From positions 4,704,001 to 4,768,000 of the forward strand of contig OZ244653.1 in NCBI GenBank assembly GCA_965218795.1: DNA of 64,000 nucleotides. Reading direction: 5' to 3'. This document shows positions 58,420 through 64,000 of this stretch, in pieces (position 1 is the stretch's first letter; the number at the start of each line of letters is the position of its first letter). The notes beneath the pieces are model-generated. The model was given only the letters and a program-made list of their open reading frames with translations. It did not search any database and was not told the origin of the DNA. This stretch comes from a bacterium (GTDB taxonomy: Bacteria > UBA8248 > JACPRG01 > G963555815). The translations under genes were made by a program, and so were the position numbers.

Positions 58420-58857
58420 ATGAGCCCGACTCTTGCGGCGCCAAGGAATCTCCCTCTGCGTCATCTGTGATCTGATGAAGGAAATCTTGATGAGTCAGCG
58501 AGGTGTGGTCACGGCTCGCATGTTCGCGATCTGCACGCCGGCGAGAGGGGGTTCAGGCAATACCGCAACCATGAAAGCGATGATCATAAACGCGAGGTTG
58601 CGGAAGAGTTGGTCCGCATCAAGAGTCTGACGATTCCCGTCCTCGTGGACGGAATGGATCAGAAGTACCACGAGATGCTTGGGAATCTGCCAAACTTCTG
58701 CTACGTCGTGAATAAGCAAGGGGTTGTCGAGTGCCAAGGCACTTGGCTGCTGGGCGATGCGGTGGATGAGGTGCTGGCGGAGATGGTGACAGCGGATGAT
58801 CCCTCCCGGCCGGTCGGGAAAACGCTGGATACATCAGGCGTCGGCACTGAGATCTGA
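58420..58857 (+). pseudogene. Deiodinase-like thioredoxin-fold protein with a degenerate N-terminus (in-frame TGA 58468-58470)
   Basis: VRDLHAGE (REAHPGE-like), H.S..K..A, IPVLVDGMD..H..GNLPN..YVVNKQG; no intact GSxT(U/C)P motif found. Confidence 0.55.
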
Positions 58858-58922
58858 GGAACTCATGGGCCGTGGGCGAAACTGCTTGAAGGGGCGGTTC
58901 GCCTTCGGAAAACGGCGGCTTC

Positions 58923-60827
58923 CTATTTCTCGCGGAGGACCCGATTATCACCGACGCGCATTGTGAAGCGGGTCGAATCGAGGTGCTCCAGTAGCGGGAT
59001 GGCATGTTTCCGCGTAATGCCCAGCAAATCTCGAAATCCCGAGGCGGAGATCTTTCCCTTCTCTTTAAGGTAGGTCGTCAGGGACTCTTTGATCCCTTTC
59101 AGGCTCTCCTGATGATAAAGCAGGTCGCCCTTGACGCGAATCAAAACCCCTTCGCCGACCAGAACCTGAATCACTTCCCGATCTTTGTTGGCTGTGATAG
59201 CCAGTTGCTCACAAGCTTCGTCCAGCCGCGGGGGCTGATAGCCGGCCTTTCGGTATAATTGGTCGATTTTGTTTCGCAGTTGGCTCTGATCGGCTCCCAG
59301 GCTGACCTCGTGACTCGTGAGCCTGACGACCTCCCCTTCGGCGACCACTCCCGCCTCGCCGATCTTTTTCAGTAGGGTGCCGAAGACCTTTTCCGGCACG
59401 TCCGGAAGGCGGCTTCGGAGTTCTTCCTTCGGAATCCCCGGGCGCAGGGGGTTCTCGCGATGGAAATGTTCAAGGAGGGCATGGACACTCGATTGCAATG
59501 CGTGCATGGCCTCCTGGTGGACCGCCCAGCCCGACTGGGCATCGGCCCAGATGACAGTCCCTTCCTTCTCGAATTCGGCAAGCGCATCCATCAGGCTCTT
59601 TCGGCCGGCTGCGGTTCGCGGGAACAGGTCGGCTGGGGGCATGCCGCGGGGCCCCGCCTCTTTCAGGAAGAGAAGGGTTCGGGCCGCATCATCGGCTTCC
59701 GCCAATGCATCAAACCGCTCTGAAGTCTCCGGCCGCAGTCGGCGATGCTTCGGGGGATGACTGTCCAGAACGTTCCCGCCGCTGATGGTAGTGATGGGCG
59801 AGTAGGAACGGAGGACGTAGCGGTCTTCCGGGCGGACCACAACCGGCCGCTCCAGGCGAAGCTGAACGTATCCGGATTCCCCCGGCTGAAGGCTGCCCGT
59901 CCCGATCAGGGCCACCCGTCCGATGGCCTCGACCGTTCCCTGGTGAAAGCGGATTCGGTCCCGATTCTTGAGAGCCCTCGGCGCATCGGACAGATGTTGC
60001 AGGGTCGCATCGATCATATAAGTGGGCGTCAGGCTCTCTGTCGCGGCAAGAACGTCGCCCCGTTCAACGGTTTCCTTATCCAGCCCTTGGAGATTGATGG
60101 CCGTCCGTTGCCCGGCGGTCGCTTCGTTCACATTCTCGCCGTGCACCTGAATGCCCCGTACCCGGGCGGTGACGTCCTTCGGCTGGAGTACAACCCGTTC
60201 ATCACGGTGAATCCGGCCGGAAAACAATGTCCCCGTCACGACCACGCCGAATCCCCGCATCGAGAATACACGGTCGATGGGAAGCCGAAACGGTCCTTCC
60301 ACGTTCTTGTTCGCAACGTCTCCCGCCCGTTCCGCCAGGGCGGTCCGGATTTCCTCCACGCCCTCACCCGACTGCGAAGAGACCGGGATAATCGGCCTGT
60401 TCTCCAGGAATGAGCCTTTCAGAAATTCGCGTACGTCCTCCGTCACCAACTCCAGCCATTCCCCATCGACGAGATCCATTTTTGTCAAGGCTACGAGGCC
60501 ATCCCGGATCTCGAGCAACCGGCAGATGGCGAGATGTTCACGCGTTTGCGGCATGACCCCCTCGTCGGCGGCCACGACGAGCATGACCATATCGATTCCC
60601 CCTGCCCCTGCCAGCATGTTCCGGACGAAGCGTTCGTGACCAGGCACGTCGACCACCCCGGCCCGAATGTTTCCCGGCAGGTCCAGGGAAGCGAACCCGA
60701 GATCGATCGTGATCCCCCGTTCTTTTTCTTCCTTGAGACGGTCCGTATCCACGCCGGTCAAAGCCCGAACGAGGGCAGTCTTCCCGTGGTCGATATGGCC
60801 GGCAGTGCCCAGGACGACCTGTTTCAA
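58923..60827 (-). CDS. selB: Selenocysteine-specific elongation factor
   Basis: [32 protein letters not shown]; C-terminal winged helix [23 protein letters not shown]. Confidence 0.97.
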   Translation of the reverse strand: MKQVVLGTAGHIDHGKTALVRALTGVDTDRLKEEKERGITIDLGFASLDLPGNIRAGVVDVPGHERFVRNMLAGAGGIDMVMLVVAADEGVMPQTREHLAICRLLEIRDGLVALTKMDLVDGEWLELVTEDVREFLKGSFLENRPIIPVSSQSGEGVEEIRTALAERAGDVANKNVEGPFRLPIDRVFSMRGFGVVVTGTLFSGRIHRDERVVLQPKDVTARVRGIQVHGENVNEATAGQRTAINLQGLDKETVERGDVLAATESLTPTYMIDATLQHLSDAPRALKNRDRIRFHQGTVEAIGRVALIGTGSLQPGESGYVQLRLERPVVVRPEDRYVLRSYSPITTISGGNVLDSHPPKHRRLRPETSERFDALAEADDAARTLLFLKEAGPRGMPPADLFPRTAAGRKSLMDALAEFEKEGTVIWADAQSGWAVHQEAMHALQSSVHALLEHFHRENPLRPGIPKEELRSRLPDVPEKVFGTLLKKIGEAGVVAEGEVVRLTSHEVSLGADQSQLRNKIDQLYRKAGYQPPRLDEACEQLAITANKDREVIQVLVGEGVLIRVKGDLLYHQESLKGIKESLTTYLKEKGKISASGFRDLLGITRKHAIPLLEHLDSTRFTMRVGDNRVLREK

Positions 60828-60872
60828 TGCAGTCTCCGTCGGCTGTGCAGACTGAAATGGCAGGGAGGGATT

Positions 60873-62309
60873 CTAACCCGTCGGCTCTTCACTCAGGGAT
60901 TCAAGGGCGGCCAGGACGTCACCTTCTTCGTCCGGGAAGACGGTCCGCAAATCCAGGAGCAGAACATCCTCCTGAATCCGACCGATGACGGGCGGATCAA
61001 GGGCCCGGAGTCGCGCTTCCATCTGATCGGGACTCAGATTCGTTGCAGGAGTGGGATTGACGGCAATGAGGGCCGTCGGGATGTCCTGGGTCGGCAGAGT
61101 CCCGCCGCCCGCCCTGGAGCTGCCCTGGACCACACGAGGGCGAAGCCGTTCGACGGCGCGAGAGGAAAGGCGGGACAAGAGACGCTCGGCCCGTTCTCGG
61201 ACGTCCGACTCTGTCGCCGACAGAAAGGCGATGGCCGGGATTCTGTCAGCCACCGATTCCGAATCAAGGTACGCCAGAAGCGTTCCCTCGAGAATCGACA
61301 GGGATAGCTTGTCGAGGCGCAAGGCCCGCATCAACGGATGTGTCTTTGCCGGATCCACGGCATTGCGATTTCCGGCGAAAATCCCCGCCTGGGGACCGCC
61401 GAGGAGTTTATCACCGCTGAACGTGACGAGATCAGCGCCCTGTCCCAGAATGTCTGATGGCGTCTCCTCCTGAATCGTATTCAACTCCCTCAGATGCGTC
61501 AGGCAACCACTTCCCAAGTCCACCATGACCGGGATCTCCCGTTCCTGGCCGAGCCGTGCGAGGTCTCGGACGGTGACCTCCTCCGTAAAACCCACGATAC
61601 GATAGTTGCTTGTGTGGACTTTTAACAGGAGCGCGGTGTTTTCCCCGATGGCGTTGGCAAAGTCCGTCAGACGGGTTTTGTTGGTGGTTCCCACTTCGCG
61701 AAGGATGGCGCTGCTTTGCCGCATCACTTCCGGAATGCGGAATCCTCCCCCAATCTCGACCAATTCACCTCGGGAGACGATGACTTCCTTTCCCGCGGTC
61801 AAGGATGAAAGACAAAGAAGAACGGCGCCGGCATTGTTGTTCACGACTCCAGCGGCTTCAGCGCCAGTCAATCGGCGGATTAAGGACTCAACAGCCGCAT
61901 CCCGTCGACCCCTCTTGCCCCCCTCCAGATCGAATTCCAGGTTGGAATAACCTGCGGCGACCTCGACAGCCTGCCTCAAAATATCGGCCCCCAGGGGAGC
62001 CCGCCCGAGGTTCGTGTGAAGGATCACTCCACTGGCGTTCACCACTTTTCGAAGCTTGGGCGTTACAATTTCCTGAACCCGGGCCCGGGCCTCTTTGGCA
62101 ATGCCTTCCGGGGACACGTCCAACTCATGGGCGTGCGGTGAATCCTGGGCTTCAAGGATGACTTGACGGTAGCGTGCGAGCGTATCGCGCACACAATCAG
62201 TCGCAGTTTCCGCCGGAAGACCGTTCGTCGATTTCCGACGAAGAACCTGGAGAACTTCATCGACGGAAGGCAGCGTTCGCAGCACTTCCTGCCGGTTTTT
62301 CTCTTTCAT
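60873..62309 (-). CDS. selA: L-seryl-tRNA(Sec) selenium transferase
   Basis: NASGVILHTNLGRA, VNNNAGA, SRGELVEIGGGFR, EVGTTN, DLGSG, SGDKLLGGPQAG. Confidence 0.97.
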   Translation of the reverse strand: MKEKNRQEVLRTLPSVDEVLQVLRRKSTNGLPAETATDCVRDTLARYRQVILEAQDSPHAHELDVSPEGIAKEARARVQEIVTPKLRKVVNASGVILHTNLGRAPLGADILRQAVEVAAGYSNLEFDLEGGKRGRRDAAVESLIRRLTGAEAAGVVNNNAGAVLLCLSSLTAGKEVIVSRGELVEIGGGFRIPEVMRQSSAILREVGTTNKTRLTDFANAIGENTALLLKVHTSNYRIVGFTEEVTVRDLARLGQEREIPVMVDLGSGCLTHLRELNTIQEETPSDILGQGADLVTFSGDKLLGGPQAGIFAGNRNAVDPAKTHPLMRALRLDKLSLSILEGTLLAYLDSESVADRIPAIAFLSATESDVRERAERLLSRLSSRAVERLRPRVVQGSSRAGGGTLPTQDIPTALIAVNPTPATNLSPDQMEARLRALDPPVIGRIQEDVLLLDLRTVFPDEEGDVLAALESLSEEPTG

Positions 62310-62466
62310 TCAAGCCCGTCCAGAATAGGCGGTAACGCCAAGGCGTATACCCATTCACCGGAAATACCTGAAATCAGAAGCTCTATTCGATTTTCCTACG
62401 CGGGTTGACCGGGTGTCAATCCGGAAGCGCGGACCCATCTGTCCCGGTTCGGCGAGACCCGGGGAA

Positions 62467-62622
62467 TCAAGAAAAGTCCGGGCATGCTTGACCGACATCG
62501 ACCAGGAGCTTGACCACAGTATTCTTGGATGTTCCCATCATACGGGCGGTCGCACGAATGCTGTTGCCTTCTACAAGGCAGGAAAAAATCTGTGTACGTC
62601 TCTCAATCGTTAGCCTATTCAT
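62467..62622 (-). mobile_element. Truncated IS1-family transposase N-terminus (51 aa, not in the ORF track)
   Basis: MNRLTIERRTQIFSCLVEGNSIRATARMMGTSKNTVVKLLVDVGQACPDFS*: an HTH start typical of these transposases (recalled), ending prematurely. Confidence 0.7.
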
Positions 62623-62646
62623 AATGACCAATTTACATAAGCGATC

Positions 62647-62910
62647 ATGGATTGCCAGAAGATTCTGTTAAATGCAAAACTTTCGCGGGATTTGGTGAAG
62701 GCTTTCCGTAAACGAATGCAGACCATCAGGGCGGCTTTGGACGAGAGAGACTTCTATTTCATGAGAGGTCTTAGGTTTGAGCCGCTGAAAGGAAAACGTG
62801 CTGGGGAATATTCCATGCGTCTGAACGACCAATTCAGACTGATTGTGAAGTTAGAGAAAAGATCAAAGGAAACGATTGTCATCATATGTTCGATTGAGGA
62901 CTACCATTAA
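62647..62910 (+). CDS. higB: HigB (RelE/ParE family) toxin, N-terminus probably truncated
   Basis: VKAFRKRMQ.IRAA.DERD, FEPLKGKR, SMRLNDQFRL, IEDYH C-terminus. Confidence 0.8.
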   Translation: MDCQKILLNAKLSRDLVKAFRKRMQTIRAALDERDFYFMRGLRFEPLKGKRAGEYSMRLNDQFRLIVKLEKRSKETIVIICSIEDYH

Positions 62911-62930
62911 GGAGATGGGGGAGCCAGAGC

Positions 62931-62972
62931 ATGACTAGCTTTAGACTCGCAGAGGTCTTTCCACCTGGTGAG
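62931..62972 (+). pseudogene. 5' stub of a HigA antitoxin cut by IS insertion
   Basis: MTSFRLAEVFPPGE directly after higB, abutting an IS3 left end at 62973. Confidence 0.7.
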
Positions 62973-63373
62973 TGAGGTGGTCCCAGAAAATCGGACAGTT
63001 TGCTAAGGTGTATTCCACGGAGGGAGGGATACGCAATGACGACACGACGGCGGTTCACGGGGGAGTTCAAGGCGAAGGTAGCGCTGGAAGCACTGCGCGG
63101 GGACAAGACGGTCCATGAGATCGCGACGCGGCACAAGGTTCATCCGAACACAGGTAAGCGTCTGGAAGCAGCGGGCGGTGGAGGGGATGAAGGAGGTATT
63201 CTCCAAGGGAGCGGAGTCGAGGGGACCACGAGGCGGATATCCGGGACCTGCACGCGAAGATCGGGGAGTTGACAGTGGAGCGGGATTTTTTGTCCAAAGG
63301 GCTCAAGGGGTGAGCCGGGAGGGACGCAGGGCCATGATCCGTCGCGACCATCCCAAGCTCAGCTTGAGCCGTC
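62973..63373 (+). mobile_element. IS3-family element (left end, frameshifted orfA, start of orfB), interrupted
   Basis: TGAGGTGGTCCCAGAAAATCGGACA terminal repeat; orfA from 63036 RRRFTGEFKAKVALEAL..LHAKIGELTVERDFL; orfB IRRDHPKLSLSR. Confidence 0.85.
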
Positions 63374-64000
63374 TGACCTGCCCCCACTAACGAGACCACG
63401 TGCTACGTTAGACACGGGACCCTTTGCAGTCCACTCCGGGGAACCGGCGCCAGGGCTTGGGTTCTTGGGAATCTGGCGTCTGGTGCGGGTGGCCGGTAGG
63501 CCAAGGCACTGTGAGGCCGTCGCTGGTTGTACTCCCGCCTCCACCTCTCCACCAGCACCTGGGCCTCTTTCAGGGTCTCGAAGCTCTCCACGTTCAGGAG
63601 CTCATCCCTCAGCTTCCCGTTGAAACTCTCCACATATCCGTTCTCCCAGGGACTCCCTGGCTCGATATACAATGTCCTCACGCCAACCGCCTTGAGCCAG
63701 TGCCTGACCACCCTCGCTGTGAACTCCGACCCGTTATCTGACCGGAGGTATTCAGGGACGCCCCGGCCCACAAACAACTCTGCCAACCGCTCCAGCACAT
63801 CCTGGTGATTCATCTGCCTTTGGACATCAATGGATATACATTCTCGGCTGTACTCATCCAAAATGGTCAGCAGCCGGAAAGCCCTCCCTTCTTGGGTGCG
63901 CTCATGCATGAAGTCATAGCTCCAGACATGGTTCCGATGAGTCGGTCTCAGGCGCACGCAAGAGCCGTCATGGAGCCACAGTCTCCTGCGTTTCGGCTGT
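63374..64000 (-). mobile_element. Second IS3-family element (right end plus DDE integrase core), runs off the window
   Basis: TGACCTGCCCCC terminal repeat at 63374; WSYDF, DEYSRE, RSDNGSEF, PGSPWENGYVESFNGKLRDE, YNQRRPHSAL. Confidence 0.92.

Noticed and set aside
62310-62466. tRNA-Sec (selC) next to selA
   Set aside because: No UCA anticodon loop (CTTCAAA) or convincing cloverleaf seen on either strand.

Overview
GC-rich bacterial chromosomal window. Housekeeping genes (nfo-like, engB, cobB-like sirtuin, rsmI, proA, kbl, yebC, tsaC, purE, rarA, thiL, selB, selA) are interleaved with many catabolic enzymes that mostly point to N-heterocycle chemistry. Tandem paralogue sets are unusually common: two non-canonical DHODH-like flavoenzymes; four HAE/PCxxC zinc deaminases plus a remnant of a fifth, downstream of an LLM oxidoreductase, an amidohydrolase and an orphan XDH-type Mo subunit; two EamA transporters; two SdhA-like flavoproteins around a stand-alone 2Fe-2S protein; two RutD-like hydrolases; and two ferritin-like di-iron proteins followed by two small unknown ORFs. 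Features not visible in the ORF track include an AhpD/CMD-type selenoprotein (CxxU plus SECIS-like hairpin, 43426-44019), three 1-nt insertions that all interrupt CCWGG sites (probably methylation-linked long-read errors), nested palindromic repeats flanking a secreted ankyrin gene, a deiodinase-like remnant beside selB, and a higBA locus broken by an IS1-type fragment and two nested IS3 elements. No rRNA, tRNA or CRISPR array was recognised. All family calls come from motif recognition and recall, not database searches.
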